DNA from: an uncultured Planctomycetaceae bacterium
GTDB taxonomy: Bacteria > Planctomycetota > Planctomycetia > Pirellulales > PALSA-1355
Assembly (NCBI GenBank): GCA_963785305.1
Contig: CAWAUV010000007.1
Coordinates: forward strand, 1,728,001-1,792,000
DNA: 64,000 bases
Reading direction: 5' to 3'
Position numbers and translations under genes: made by a program. Shown here one piece after another: positions 21,920-34,232 of this stretch. The number at the start of each line of letters is the position of its first letter. Position 1 is the stretch's first letter. Under the pieces are notes generated by a model. The model was not told where the DNA came from. It saw only the letters and a list, made by a program, of their open reading frames with translations, and searched no databases.

Positions 21920-21949
21920 AAGTTGCGTTAGGAAAAAGTTACGCAGCTT
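21920..21949. promoter_or_regulatory. Imperfect inverted repeat (candidate operator) in the divergent tolC / MFP-RND promoter region
   Basis: AAGTTGCGTTA-N8-TTACGCAGCTT (9/11 palindromic), overlapping TTGACT at 21948-21953. Confidence 0.4.
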
Positions 21950-22037
21950 GACTTACCCGGCCCGTTGGCCGTATTTGTAGAAGATTGTTTCGGCCCGCCG
22001 CCCGTTTTTTCGCGCCCTCCTGCCCGAGTCTTCCTTA

Positions 22038-23410
22038 ATGCCGCTACGATCGTTATCAGCGCTCCTCCCGGAGGCGCTCCGCCGAGCCCTGGGAGTCGCG
22101 TCGCTCAGCATTTTAACGCTGGGCTGTGGGCATGCCGAACCTGCCGGAGGGGCCGGTCATGCCGAAGATGCCGAACATGTCGAGGCCGACCCGGTGGCGG
22201 TGCGGACCGCGCCGGCCGAACGGCGCGATCTCGAGCACACCGTGATCGGTATCGGCCGCTGCGAAGCGCTGCCGAAGAAGTTCGCCACGCTTACTCCCGC
22301 CGTCGCCGGCCAGATCGCCAAGCTGCATAAAGAGGTCGGCGAGCGAGTCGAGCGCGACGAAGTGATCGCGGAGCTCGACCCACAAATCGCCGCCGCGGAC
22401 TTGGCTGAAAAGTCGGCCTTGCGCGACACGCTCGCCGCGGCACTCGATCTGCTCGTCGCTCCGCCCCGGCCGGAGGATCGCAAGGGCCTCGAGCTCACCG
22501 TGGCGCAGGCCAAGGCCAGCGTGGAGCGGACCAACGCCGCGCTCGAGCGACTCCGCCCGCTGCGCCGCGCGGCGAAGTTTCCGAAGCGCATTTTTACGAA
22601 GGCGAACAAGCCCTCCTTCAGGCCAAGCTCCAGCAAGAGCAGGCCGAGAGCCAATTGAACTTGCTGCTCGCCGGACCGCGACCGCAGGCCGTGGCCGAAG
22701 CCAAGGCGCGGCTCGCCGCCGCGGCCGAAGCGGTGTCGCTCTCGCGGGAAAATTTGAAATTGCATCAGATACGGTCGCCGATCGAGGGCGTGCTCGATAG
22801 CCTCGCCTGCCATCCCGGACAAACGATCGCCGCCGGCGTCGCGATCGGCGAAGTGGTCGACACGCGGCAACTGCATATCGTCGCATGGCTGCCGGCCGAG
22901 TCGGCGTCGCAAGTGCGCGCGGGACAGCCGGCGCGGGTCGTCAAGGATATCTCGCTCGAAGGCGGCGAGCCGAGCCGAATGTCCGAATCGGGCGAAGCGC
23001 CGAGCGACTCGTGCGCCACCGTGGCGTCGGTCGGTCAGGTCGTCGATCCTCAGACCGGCAATGTGCCGGCGCGGGTGCTGATCGAGAACCCCGAGCAGCG
23101 GATCGCCATCGGGCAAATTTTGGGCGTTGTGATCGTGGTGGCGACCCAAGCCGATGAGCTCGCGGTGCCGACCGCCGCGATTCTCGACCTGGGCGAAGGC
23201 CCGCTCGTGCTCGTGGTGCGCGAAGGCAAGGCGGTGCAGTTGCATCCGGCCTCGATCGATCAGCGCGGCGCGTGGACCGCGGTTTCGGGAATCGATCTGA
23301 AGCCCGGCGAGCCGGTGGTGATCGAAGGTGGTTACAACCTGCCCGACGGAGCCAAGGTCGAAACGACCGATCTCACGCAAGCGTCGTCGGGCGCCGGGAG
23401 CGCGCGATGA
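22038..23410 (+). CDS. RND efflux periplasmic adaptor (MFP); frameshift near 22570
   Basis: LTLGC lipobox, lipoyl halves (VAGQIAKL..EVGERV; IRSPIEGV), VDPQTG, VPTAAI, GIDLKPGE.VVIEG. Confidence 0.85.
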
Positions 23411-26400
23411 TTGCCCCAGTGGCGCCGGCCGCGGGGCGAAACCTCGTTTCGCTCGCGCGGCCGTATTTCGGCCTGATCGCGGTAAGCCTCGCGCTGGTCT
23501 CGCTCGGCGGCGTGGCGGCGATGCTCTCGATGCCCTGCGGCATTTATCCCGAGGTCGCGTTTCCGCGCGTCTCGGTGATCGTGCAAACACCGGGCCTCGC
23601 CGTGAAAGACATGGAGGTGGCGGTCACGCGGCCGATCGAGGAAGCGGTGAGCATCGTGCTCGGCGTGAGCCGAGTGCGGTCGAAGACGATGCGTGGCGCC
23701 GCGGATATTTCGATCGACTTTGCCCCCGGTTCCGACATGATCCAGGCGCTCAATGATGTGCGCGCCCGCATGGCCGAAATCGGCTCGCAGCTTCCGCCCG
23801 GCTCGAGCACGATCGTCGAGCGGCAAACGCCCAGCGTGTTTCCGATCATCTCGTTCGCGGTCACCGGCGGACGCGATCCCTCGTCGCTCCATGATTACGC
23901 CTATTTCGATTTGCGCCCGCGAATCAGCCGGATTCGCGATGTGTCGTATGTGGTGGTGCAAGGCGGTGATGTTCGCGAGATCATCGTCGAAGTCGATCCG
24001 GGAAAACTCGTGGCCGCCGGGCTCTCGATCGCCGAAGTTGCCGATCGTCTCGGCCGCGGGCATCGGCTCAAGGCCGTGGGACGCATGGATCGCGATCGCT
24101 TGCAGTATCAGGTGCTCGTCGACAGCCAAGCCCTGGACCCGAGCGACCTTGAATATCGCGTGATTTCGCAAAAGAACGGCCAGCCGATCTTGCTCGCCGA
24201 TCTGGGACGCGTGGTGATTGGCCACGAAGATCGCACGATGGCCATCCGCGCCAGCGGCCAAAACGCCGTGGCGCTCACCGTGTTTCGCCGGCTCGGCGGC
24301 GACGCCCTCCACGTGTCGAGCGAACTCGAGGCGGTGCTCGCCGACGCCGCCAAGTCGGCCCCGCCGGGCGTGAAAATACTGCCCATCTACGATCAAGGCC
24401 GGCTGGTGCGGGCCGCGATCGGCAGTGTGCGCGACGCGATCATGATCGGCGGCTGCTTGAGCGTGGTGGTCTTGCTCGTGTTTCTCAAGAGTTGGCGGGC
24501 CACGCTCGTGGCGTCGCTTTCGATTCCGCTCAGCCTCGTGATCAGCTTCGTGTTTCTGTATCTCACCGGCGACACGCTCAACTTGATGAGCCTGGGCGGG
24601 CTGGCGGTGGCGATCGGTTTGATTATCGACGACACGGTGGTGGTGGTGGAAAACATTGCCCGGCACTTGGCCCTGGGCCAAACCGGCGATGGCGCCGTGG
24701 AGTCGGCCAGCCGCGAGATCAGCGGGGCCGTCGTCGGCTCGACGCTCACCACGATTCTCGTGTTTCTGCCGCTCACGCTCCTCAGCGGCGTGATCGGGCA
24801 ATTCTTTCAGTCGCTCAGCATCGCGCTCACGGTGTCGCTCTTGGTGTCGATGGTCGTGAGCCTCACGGTGATTCCGGTGCTCGCGGCCCGGTTTCTGGCT
24901 CGGCGACCAATGGCGGACTCGGGCCCGATCTACAACCGCTTGGCCGGCAGCTACGAGGGCCTGCTGCGACTGGCGCTTCGGTTCCCGCGCGTGTCGCTGG
25001 CGATGGCGATCTTGCCGATCGTGCCCGGCTGGATTCTTTTCAATCATCTCGAAACCGGCTTCATGCCCGAAATGGATGAAGGCGCGCTGGTGATCGACTA
25101 CAACATGCCGGTCGGCTCGTCGCTTGTTCAAACCGATAAGGTCGTGCGGCGAATCGAAGCGGTGCTGCTCGAAACGCCCGACATTTCGGGCTATATCCGG
25201 CGCACCGGCGCCGAGATGGGGCTCTTCGCCACGGAGTCGTATACCGGCGATATTCTGGTAAGCCTGAAGCCTTCGAGCGAGCGGCGGCCCACGGAAGAGA
25301 TTTTCGAATCGCTGCGCGAAGATATCCAAAGAGCCGTGCCGGAGCTCGAAGAGCTCGAAATCAAGCACTTGGTCGAAGATCAGATCGATGACCTGGCCGG
25401 GGTGGAATCGCCGATCGAGGTCAAGATATTTGGTCCCGACGTGGCCACGCTCCGCGCGCTGGCCGAAGCGACGGGCGAGATCGTGAAGGCGACGCCCGGC
25501 ACGGCGGATGTCAACACGCATGTGCTGCTCGGCAATCCCGATATCGTCGTGCGGCCCAATAGCATGCGCATCGCGCGGGTCGGGCTGACTGAACAAGATT
25601 TGGAAACCCAACTCAGCGCCGCGCTCTACGGTCAAGTGGCGAGCACGCTGCCCGAGCAAGATCGCATGACGAAGATTCGCGTGCGCTATGCCGATCGGAT
25701 TCGCTACGACGTCGAGCGGCTGAAGGAATTGCCGATTCGTCTACCGGCCGTGGCCCCGACCGGAGCGATTGCCGCGATGGGCAGCGGTGGAAACGCGGCG
25801 GCGGCCCAGGGCCTGGGCGTCGCGAGGCTCGGGCAACTGGCCACGATCTCCACGGTGCGCAGCCCCAACGAACTGTGGCGCGAGAATCAGCAGCCGGTAA
25901 TCACCGTGGCCGCGCAGCTCGCCGGGCGCGACTTGGGCTCGGTGGTGCGCGACCTTCGAACCGGCTTGGCCGACATGAAGTTTCCGACCGGCTATCGCTG
26001 GGAGATCGCCGGAGCCTATCGCGCGCAGCAAGAGGCGTTTGGTAGTTTGGCGATGGTGATCGTGCTCGCGGCGCTGCTGGTGTTTCTGTTGCTCGGTTTT
26101 CAGTTTCGCAGCCTGACACTGCCGCTGCTCATCTTTTTGGCTCAGCCGGTTTCGCTCGTCAGCGCGCTGTTCGCGCTTTGGCTCACGCACACCCCGCTCA
26201 ATGTGTCGAGCCTCATGGGCGCGATTCTCTTGGTGGGGCTCGATGTGAAGAACGGTTTGATCCTGATCGAATACATTGGCCAATTACGGGCCGGCGGCAT
26301 GCCGCTCGACGACGCGCTGCTCAAAGCCGGTCGCACTCGCTTTCGCCCGATTCTCATGACCAGCCTTTCGACGATCTGCGGGCTGCTGCCCTTGGCCTTT

Positions 26401-26562
26401 GGATTTGGGCCGGGGGCGCAAATGCAAAAACCGCTGGCAATTGCCGTGATTGGCGGCCTAGTGGCCAATATGTTGCTCACCCGCCTCCTGATCCCGGTGG
26501 GCTATTTGATGCTCGAACGGGCTCGGTCTGGGCGCCGGGCGGAACAGGGGAAAATCGCTTGA
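23407..26562 (+). CDS. RND efflux permease (AcrB/CzcA superfamily)
   Basis: ~1050 aa; NLMSLGGLAVAIGLIIDD..VVVEN, GFMPEMDEG, KNGLILIE, RFRPILMT, QKPLAIAVIGGL; ATGA overlap with the MFP gene. Confidence 0.95.
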   Translation: MIAPVAPAAGRNLVSLARPYFGLIAVSLALVSLGGVAAMLSMPCGIYPEVAFPRVSVIVQTPGLAVKDMEVAVTRPIEEAVSIVLGVSRVRSKTMRGAADISIDFAPGSDMIQALNDVRARMAEIGSQLPPGSSTIVERQTPSVFPIISFAVTGGRDPSSLHDYAYFDLRPRISRIRDVSYVVVQGGDVREIIVEVDPGKLVAAGLSIAEVADRLGRGHRLKAVGRMDRDRLQYQVLVDSQALDPSDLEYRVISQKNGQPILLADLGRVVIGHEDRTMAIRASGQNAVALTVFRRLGGDALHVSSELEAVLADAAKSAPPGVKILPIYDQGRLVRAAIGSVRDAIMIGGCLSVVVLLVFLKSWRATLVASLSIPLSLVISFVFLYLTGDTLNLMSLGGLAVAIGLIIDDTVVVVENIARHLALGQTGDGAVESASREISGAVVGSTLTTILVFLPLTLLSGVIGQFFQSLSIALTVSLLVSMVVSLTVIPVLAARFLARRPMADSGPIYNRLAGSYEGLLRLALRFPRVSLAMAILPIVPGWILFNHLETGFMPEMDEGALVIDYNMPVGSSLVQTDKVVRRIEAVLLETPDISGYIRRTGAEMGLFATESYTGDILVSLKPSSERRPTEEIFESLREDIQRAVPELEELEIKHLVEDQIDDLAGVESPIEVKIFGPDVATLRALAEATGEIVKATPGTADVNTHVLLGNPDIVVRPNSMRIARVGLTEQDLETQLSAALYGQVASTLPEQDRMTKIRVRYADRIRYDVERLKELPIRLPAVAPTGAIAAMGSGGNAAAAQGLGVARLGQLATISTVRSPNELWRENQQPVITVAAQLAGRDLGSVVRDLRTGLADMKFPTGYRWEIAGAYRAQQEAFGSLAMVIVLAALLVFLLLGFQFRSLTLPLLIFLAQPVSLVSALFALWLTHTPLNVSSLMGAILLVGLDVKNGLILIEYIGQLRAGGMPLDDALLKAGRTRFRPILMTSLSTICGLLPLAFGFGPGAQMQKPLAIAVIGGLVANMLLTRLLIPVGYLMLERARSGRRAEQGKIA

Positions 26563-26598
26563 AGTCGTTGCCCCCGTTGAAGATTCGTCGCGATTTGC

Positions 26599-26627
26599 TT
26601 GAAATGAATCTGATCGGCGACTAAGAT
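26599..26627 (+). promoter_or_regulatory. Sigma70-type promoter upstream of the TPR/DPF-repeat gene
   Basis: TTGAAA-N17-TAAGAT in an AT-richer intergenic gap; AGGGAG RBS before ATG 26742. Confidence 0.55.
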
Positions 26628-26741
26628 TAAACTCTTGTCAACCCTGTAGTTGCGGCTCGCGAGCTTTGGAATCCAAATCTCGCCCGCGCCAAGTCCATGC
26701 AGGGACAAAAATTCGCCGCCCGGAAACGCCAAGGGAGTTTC

Positions 26742-28653
26742 ATGCCGATGATTGAATGCAACGCGAAACGTTGTTGGACGCTGCTTGCGCTCTCCGCGTT
26801 TTGCATCGCGCGCGACGCGAGCGCTCAAAACGCCGTGCTCACTGAAATGTATGGCAACGGCGCGCACTCGTATTATGCGGGCGACTATCAACGCGCCGCC
26901 GCGCAACTCGCGGCGGCGATCGAAGGCGGCTCCCAAGACCCGCGCGTGTTTTACTTTCATGGGTTCGCGCTCATGAAGCTTGGCCGAGCGGGCGAAGCCG
27001 AGGCGGACTTCAAAGCCGGCGCGAAACTCGAAAGCGAAGACATCAACCATTTCTATCCGGTGGCTCGCTCGCTCGAACGCGTACAAGGGCGCAGCGAGTG
27101 GCGCTCGAGCGCGAGCGTTCGGTGGCGCGAGCCACGGCCTACGCGCGGGAGCAGCAACGCAACGCGTTGCGTTATGAACAATATCGCCGCGCGGAGCAGC
27201 GCGTGTTGCGTGCCCAGGCGACGCGACCAGCCGAGCCCGCTGGCGGCGCCGCGGAGCCCGCCGAAGAAGCGGCCGCGCCCAGGGGAAAGCTGGCGGTCCG
27301 GCCGAGGTTGCCGCGGGCGACGATCCGTTTGCCGAGGCCGCGGCGCCCGCCGATGGCGCGATGGCGGCTGAGAAACCGGCCGCCGAGCCGAGCGCGGATG
27401 AGGCGTTTGGCGATCCGGCGAAAGCGCCCGCCGCAATGCCCAAGGAAGCGGAGCCGGCCGCGGAAGCCGATCCGTTTGCCGAGCCGCCGGCCGCGAAGGC
27501 CGCTGCCCCGGCGATGGAAGCCGACGAACCGGCGGCTCCTGCCAGCGGCGCCGACGAGCCGACGCCGCCCGCCGCTCCGGCCGCGGCAACAGAGCTTGAA
27601 GATCCGGCGATGGAAGCTCCGGCCGCCAAGAAGCCGGCCGCCAAGGCGGCGACGGAAGACGATCCCTTCGGCGCCGCCGAGCCTGCCGCCGGTGGCGATG
27701 CGATGGCCGATGAAAAACCGGCCGAAGTAAAGCCCGCCGCCAAGAAACCGACGGCGAAGGCCGCGACGGAAGACGATCCCTTCGGCGCCGCCGAGCCTGC
27801 CGCCGGTGGCGATGCGATGGCCGATGAAAAACCGGCCGAAGTAAAGCCCGCCGCCAAGAAACCGACGGCGAAGGCCGCGACGGAAGACGATCCCTTCGGC
27901 GCCGCCGAGCCTGCCGCCGGTGGCGACGCGATGGCCGATGAAAAACCGGCCGAAGTAAAACCCGCCGCCAAGAAGCCGGCCGCCAAGGCGGCGACGGAAG
28001 ACGATCCCTTCGGCGCCGCCGAGCCTGCCACCGGTGGCGATGCGATGGCCGATGAAAAACCGGCCGAAGTAAAGCCCGCCGCCAAGAAACCGACGGCGAA
28101 GGCCGCGACCGACGACGATCTTTTCGGCGCCGACGAGAAGCCGGCCGCCGCGCCGCCCGCCAAGAAGTCGGCCAAGGCTGAAGAGCCCGCCGCGGGCATG
28201 GAGGCCGACGCTCCGGCCGCCGCCGCGAAGCCGGCCTCGGTCGCGGATCCGTTTGGCGATCCCGAACCGTTTCGCGCCACCGCCAAAAAGTCGGCCGATG
28301 GCATGGCCGACGATTCCGCTGGAGAACCCGCGAAGAAGGGCGCCAAGACCACCAAGAAAACCTCGACCAGCAAGGTAGCGCGAAAGGCCGCCGATCCCGC
28401 CGACGCGGCTCCGGCCGTGGCCAATCCCTTTAGCGACGATCCGATTCAGCCAGCCGCCACCGCCAAGCCGGTCGCCAAGGGCGCCGCCGCCAAACGCGCC
28501 GCTCGCGCTAAAGCCGAGGCCGAGGCCGAAGGGCAAAACATGATGCCGGCGAGCGGAGGATTCGGCGATCCCACGGGCGGTCAGGGCATGGCGCCCGGAG
28601 ACCAAATGCCCGTGCTTCCGCCGGGCGCGGGCATGGGCAACGATCCGTTCTAA
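26742..28653 (+). CDS. Secreted TPR-like protein with a long disordered Ala/Pro/Lys/acidic DPF-repeat tail; frameshifts near 27097 and 27283
   Basis: Signal peptide (..ARDASA/QN), TPR-like YGNGAHSYYAGDY...DPRVFYFHG...AEADFKAG, then the 27361..28653 repeat region. Confidence 0.75.
27619..28135 (+). repeat. 114-bp (38-aa) coding tandem repeat, about 4.5 near-identical copies
   Basis: gatcccttcggcgcc recurs at 27661, 27775, 27889 and 28003, degenerate at 28117; unit KKP(A/T)AKAATEDDPFGAAEPAAGGDAMADEKPAEVKPAA. Confidence 0.95.
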
Positions 28654-28920
28654 CACGCTCTGTTTTAGGAACCGGCTCCGTGGTCTCGCGGCCGCCGCGC
28701 ATTGCCGAACTGCATTCCGAGAGCCAGGCACGGCTGTTTCCGGCGCCGCTAGGCGTCGAGTGATTCCTTCCCACCTGATAAATTCCCGCCGCGAAAAAAC
28801 TCCCGGCGCCCTCGTTTCGCGCTCGACCGCCGAGCACAATAGGGACCGGTCGCTCGGCGAATTATTTCGCCCCCAACCGCTTCGCTCGTCCCCTCCCGTT
28901 CGTTGTCGGAGAATCTATTC

Positions 28921-31814
28921 ATGGGCCACGCGTTTCGCGCTTCGCTGCTTGGGCTGCTGACTCTTTGCTCCGCGATGAATACATGCGCCGCGGCGCCGGT
29001 GGTGCGCGAGATCATGCCGCGCGGACTTCAGGCAGGCGCTACCACGACACTGGTGCTCGATGGCGCCGGTCTCGCGAGCGATCTTCGCATTGTGGGAATC
29101 GGATTTCCGATCGCGAAGCAGAGCGTCAAGGCCGGCGGAAAGGCCGAACGCGTCGAGGTCGAAATCACGCTCGATCCCGCCGTGGCGCCGGGAGTGTACC
29201 GAGTGCACGCGGCGACGAGCGAAGGGCTGTCACCGGCCCAGTTGATCGCCATCGGCTCACTGCCCGAGCGGGCGCTCGCCGCGAAATTCGAATCGCTGCC
29301 CGTGGCGTTGAGCGGCGCCATCGCCGGCGGCGGCGTGACGGGCACGAGCTTTACCGGCAAAGCGGGCCAACGCATCGTGGCCGACGTGATGGCTCGCCGG
29401 CTGGGAGCGGCCACCGATCCGATGGTGCGAATTCTCGACCCCGCGGTAAACAAATCGCCTGGAGCCCCGCGCGGCGGGCGATCGATGGCGACGCTCGCGC
29501 CGAATGCGTGTTGCCGAGCGATGGCGAATATCGCGTCGAGCTGCACGACGCGCTCTACCGCGCCGCCGACCCGCGGCATTTTCGTCTGGCGATTGGCGAC
29601 TTGAATTATGCCGACTTCGTCTTTCCGCTGGCCATCGAGCGATCGCACTCCGCGGACCTCGCCCTGGTGAACACGACACTCGCGCCGGCCCAAGCCAAGG
29701 TTTCGCTCGCGGCCGACGCGCTCGCCGGACTCCAGGCAATCCCTTGGCCCTCGGGCGCGGCGAATCTCACCGGCGGCCGGCCGGGAGTGCTGGCGAGCGA
29801 GTCGCCCGCGGTGGTCGCGCAGCCAGGGCCCGACGGCGTGTGCGAGTTGCCGGCGCCGCCGATCGTGGCTTCGGCTCGATTCGCGACCGCGAAGGCCACC
29901 GGTGTGTTCAAGCTACCGGTTACACCGGGCGAAAAATTAAGAGTTGAAATAACGGCGGACCGCTTGGGACTCCCGGTCGACGCGGTGCTCAATGTCGAAA
30001 AGGAAAAAGGCGGCTCGCTCGGCTCGAACGACGATCACGCGGGATCGAAAGATCCGGCCGTCGAGTTCACCGTGCCTGAAGGCACGAACAAGATCGTCAT
30101 TCGGACCCATGATCTCTATGGCGCCGGCGGCGACGATCATTTGTATCGACTTTCGGTCACTCCGGTCGGCAAGCCCGATTTCAAACTTTCGCTCGAACAC
30201 GACACACTGGAAACGGCGCCGGGCCGCGCTTCGCTGGTGCGAGTGACCGCCGAGCGAGCCGGTTACGCGGGCCCGATCAAGCTCACGGCCCTCGGCTTGC
30301 CCAGTGGCTGGACACTCGCTCCGAGCGAGATTCCCGCGGGCGCCGACCAGGCGCTCGTGTCGCTGATCGCCGCGGCCGACGCCCCGGCGGGCGGCTTGGG
30401 CGTGGGTTCGATTCGAGGCGAGAGCGTGGGCCTCGATCCGCCGGTGTCGCGCGAGGCAATGGCGCCTGATGCGCCGGCCTATCGCTTGCAACCTTGGTTG
30501 CGGCGCGAGCTCGCGGTCGGCGCGAAGGCGGCCGGACCGATCGAACTCGTGTGGTCGGATTGGAACGAAACCGCTTCGCTCGCCGCCGGGGCCAAGGCGC
30601 CGATCAAGGTCGAGATCAAACGGGCCGCCGGCATCGTCGGCCCAGTGCGAGTCACGCTCGAAACCACGCAGAGCGTGCCCAAGAAAACGGTGAAGGAGAA
30701 AAACGTGGACAAGTCGGTCGAGGCCACGGAACGCGCCTTGCGCTTGGCCGCCCCGATCGAAATCGCCGCCGACCAGACCATCGGCAGCGGTGAATTGATC
30801 GTTCCGGGCGATCTGCCGCCCCATGTATACGATCTGGCTCTGCGCGGCGAACTGCTCTCGGGCGACAAGAAAACCGTGGTCACCACGGCCGACTCGGCGC
30901 CGCGCCGAGCGACCAGTGTCGCGGCGATGACGCTCGAGCTCGCCGGGCCGGCGGAAGTCATGGGCCGCGCCGGTTTGGGTGACGCGGGGCAACTTACCGG
31001 CAAAGTGACTCGCGCGGCCGGATTCCGGGCGCCGATCAAGGTGCAACTTGCGGGGCTTCCCAAGGACACGCCGTCGCCCGTGGTCACGCTCGAAGGCGAG
31101 GCGGTCGATTTCTCGCTACCGCTTTCGTTTCGCTTCGGCGCGGCGACCGGCCCGGTGGCTGACGCGAAGCTCGTGGCGTTGAGCTCGCCCGATGCCCAGA
31201 ATCCGGCGATCGAAGCGCGATCAAACGAAGTCGCGATCAAGCTCACGATCGCTCCGGGCGAGAAGCCGCCGGCGAATCCGGCGCTGGTGATTTTCGAGGA
31301 TCAGCCCGAGTTCATCGCGGCCCTCACCGAAGGCGATGGCATGGCGACGCTCGACACCGAGCAAAAATACTCCGGCATCGCGAGTTGCCAGGTCACGCCC
31401 AGCCAGCGGTTCAATCCGAATCTACCGGGGCTCGATGTGAAGATTCGTGAGCGACCGGCGGCGGGCGAATATCGGTATCTTCGGTTTGCTTGGCTCAAGA
31501 GCGGTGGCGAGAAGATTTGCTTCCAACTCAACCACGACGGCCAGTGGGGCCCGATCGGCAACAAGCCAGCCAAGTTCCGCTACCATGCCGGCGCCCAGGA
31601 GTGTTTTGGCGCTTCGCTGAAAGTGGCCGATCAGCTGCCGGTCGAGTTTACGATCGTCACTCGCGATCTGTTCGCCGACTTTGGCGAGTTTACGCTCAAG
31701 GGCATCGCGCTCTCACCGGTCGACGGCAATTTTGCCTTGTTCGACCATATCGAACTTGGCCAAACGATGGACGATTTCGAATCCGGCAAAGCCGCGCCGG
31801 CCAAGAAGCCGTGA
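28921..31814 (+). CDS. Large secreted planctomycete PPC/pre-peptidase-repeat protein; frameshift near 29440
   Basis: Signal peptide, P.V..I.PRG.QAG, ARRLG...DP.VRI, DGEYRVELHD..YR, ADRLG.PVDAVL, SNDD....KDP; C-terminal beta-rich domain. Confidence 0.75.
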
Positions 31815-31869
31815 TCGCCCCGGGGCGCGGGCGATCGTGGTTCGGCGCGCGTCGTTGGGCGCCGCGAGG

Positions 31870-34232
31870 TCAAGGCGCCGGAGCGTCGGACGAGGCGATG
31901 TTTCGCGTCGCGGACCGGGCGGCGGCCAAGCGCGCGGCGGCGTCGCGACGGAATGTCCAGACTTTGACTTCGCCGTTGGCGCTCGACCAAAACAGTTCGA
32001 GCGCTTCGCTCGGATGAACGCGCAACTGGCGGTAATAGTACTCGACCAGATGCGTGGCGCCGGTCCCGTTCACGGCGGCGATAAAATCGTCGACGTTCTC
32101 GGCATCCCAGGCGCGAAGGATTCGGGCGGAGCGGCCTTCGTTGTTGTCTTCGAGGCCGCCGGTCAGGAATCGGGGCATGCAGAGATATTCGAGGTAAGCC
32201 CGACGCCCGGTCACGGCGCTGAACACACAGGAGTTCCGCGGCATGTGATCCGCCTGGGAGAGAATCACGGCGTCGGGCGGCAGGCCATCGCGCATCGCCA
32301 TGAGGGCATTCCATTCCCAGTCGGTAAACATGAGCGGCGCGGTGAGCATGGCGGCCTGCAGTTCGCTGGGCGGCCGCGCGATCTGCCACCCGACCGCCGC
32401 GGCCACCAGCAGCGCGAACACCGCCCGCGTTGCCGCCGAGCCCAAGATTCGCCGGGGCCAAGCGGTCGCTTGCCAAAGACCGATCGCCGCGAGCGGCAGC
32501 AAATACCAGCCGACGAGATAGAGCGATTGTCCGCCCACGGAGTACATGTCGTAGGTCGTGCAAAGACAGGCGCCGCCGACAAGCGTGCCCACGACGAGCC
32601 ACAAGATCGCCGCCGAAAAGGCCCATGCGTCGGCTCGCCAGGTGCTGGGTCGCAGCCAGTGCCAAAGGCTAAGCAGCGTGACCGGGATTCCGGCGATCAT
32701 GAGAAACGCGAATCCGACGAGGCCGACGGCTTGCCAGGCGAGATTGAATTGTTCATCGCCGAGCGAATCGCGCAGCCAAGTCCGCGCTGCCTCGGCGCCG
32801 GGCCAGGCGGTAACGAACGGGCAATGATGCGCCAGCATGTTGTTTTCGATCGACAATCGAGCCGAATCGGGATAATAGACATCGAGCCGCATTTCCCAAA
32901 GCTGCGCCGCCACGCAGAGCCCGCCGAGCACGATCGCCGCGCCCAGCGCCCGTTGCCGCGAGCGATACCACATCAGAATCAGATACGCGACCAGTCCCGG
33001 AAACAGGATCAAAAACGCTTGCACTCGGAACCGCATCACCGTGGCCCCCAAGACCGCCGCGAGCGCCGCCAGCATGCCCGCCGAGCGCCCGAGCGAAAGC
33101 CGCAGTGAGACCTCGAGCACCAAGAGCAACGTGCCCATCACGACCGGCAGTGCGCAATACATTTGCGGGCTACAAAGCACCGACGGCTCGAGCCCGCTCG
33201 TGGCATGGGTATGCCAAGTGAAATAGAAGTATTTGATCTGATTGCTGATGACCGGCGCGAGCGGAATCGCGAAAATATAGACGAGCGTCGCGGCCAAATA
33301 GCCGGCCGAGCGACTGCCGGTGGCGTTGCGGGCGATGCAGAAAAAGAGCAGCGTCAGCAGGATTTCGACCGCCGTGAAGCCGTGGTAATGCAGCGCGCGG
33401 AGCATGTCGGGCTGATCGGCGTAGCGCGAGATGAGCATCGTGGTCACATGCGGAAACATGTGATAGGCGCGCTCCTTGAGTCCGGCGCGGGCCGATTGAT
33501 CGAGCGGCGGAGTGTGGCGGGCGAGCTCGTGCGAGAGCGAGGCCAGATAGGTGGTGTCGCCATGGGTCACGAGTTGGCGACGTCCGTCGGGCAGTGTCGT
33601 GTCGTAGGCTTTGTAGCGATCGCCCACGAGCACGCTGAGCGCCACCACGAGCACGAGCACGCCATCGACCCGGCGCCACTCCCAACGAGACATTGCGAGC
33701 GAGCAAGCGGCCCAGTGTCGCCAGAGCCAACCGGCGCCGGCCGCCGCGGCGCCGAGTTGCAGGGCCGCGAATATGTAGATCGCGCCGGAGCAACCACATC
33801 GAGCGCGCCGCAGGTCGCGTAGCTCGCCGTGGTGAACGCGTAGCTGAGCGTCGCGGCGAGCGTGAGGCGGGTTGTCGCGTTGCTCGTATGTTTGCCCAGC
33901 AGCAGATACGCCACGCCGCCAAAGGGACCCCAGAGGCATATCAAACCGAGCGATGCGCGCACGATCTCGACCGCGCCGCATCCAAGATCGACCAGCGCGC
34001 ACCACGCGAGGCAAGCCAAGCCCGCGAGGGCGCAAACAATCCGCGCCCGATCCGCCATGCCGGTGAACCCACCAGCCTGTTGAAAAATGCCATCGTGGCA
34101 TTTTTCAACTTCGCCAAGCGCCGAGCAAAGTTCGTCGCGGTCTGTTGAATATTTCAAGAGGCTGCCAATGGGCGCCGGGGTCGTAGCAACCTCGGCGGGC
34201 GCGGCGTCACTGGATTGCGAGTTCGCGGTCAT
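31870..34232 (-). CDS. Polytopic membrane protein, GT-C-like glycosyltransferase candidate; frameshifted around 33800
   Basis: More than 10 TM segments; luminal THGDTTYL...PP....G...AYHMFPH loop; C-terminal soluble domain (SAVTGRRAYL). Confidence 0.6.

Noticed and set aside
27619..28135. Possible CRISPR array
   Set aside because: Units are contiguous 114-bp in-frame coding repeats with no unique spacers, and there are no cas genes
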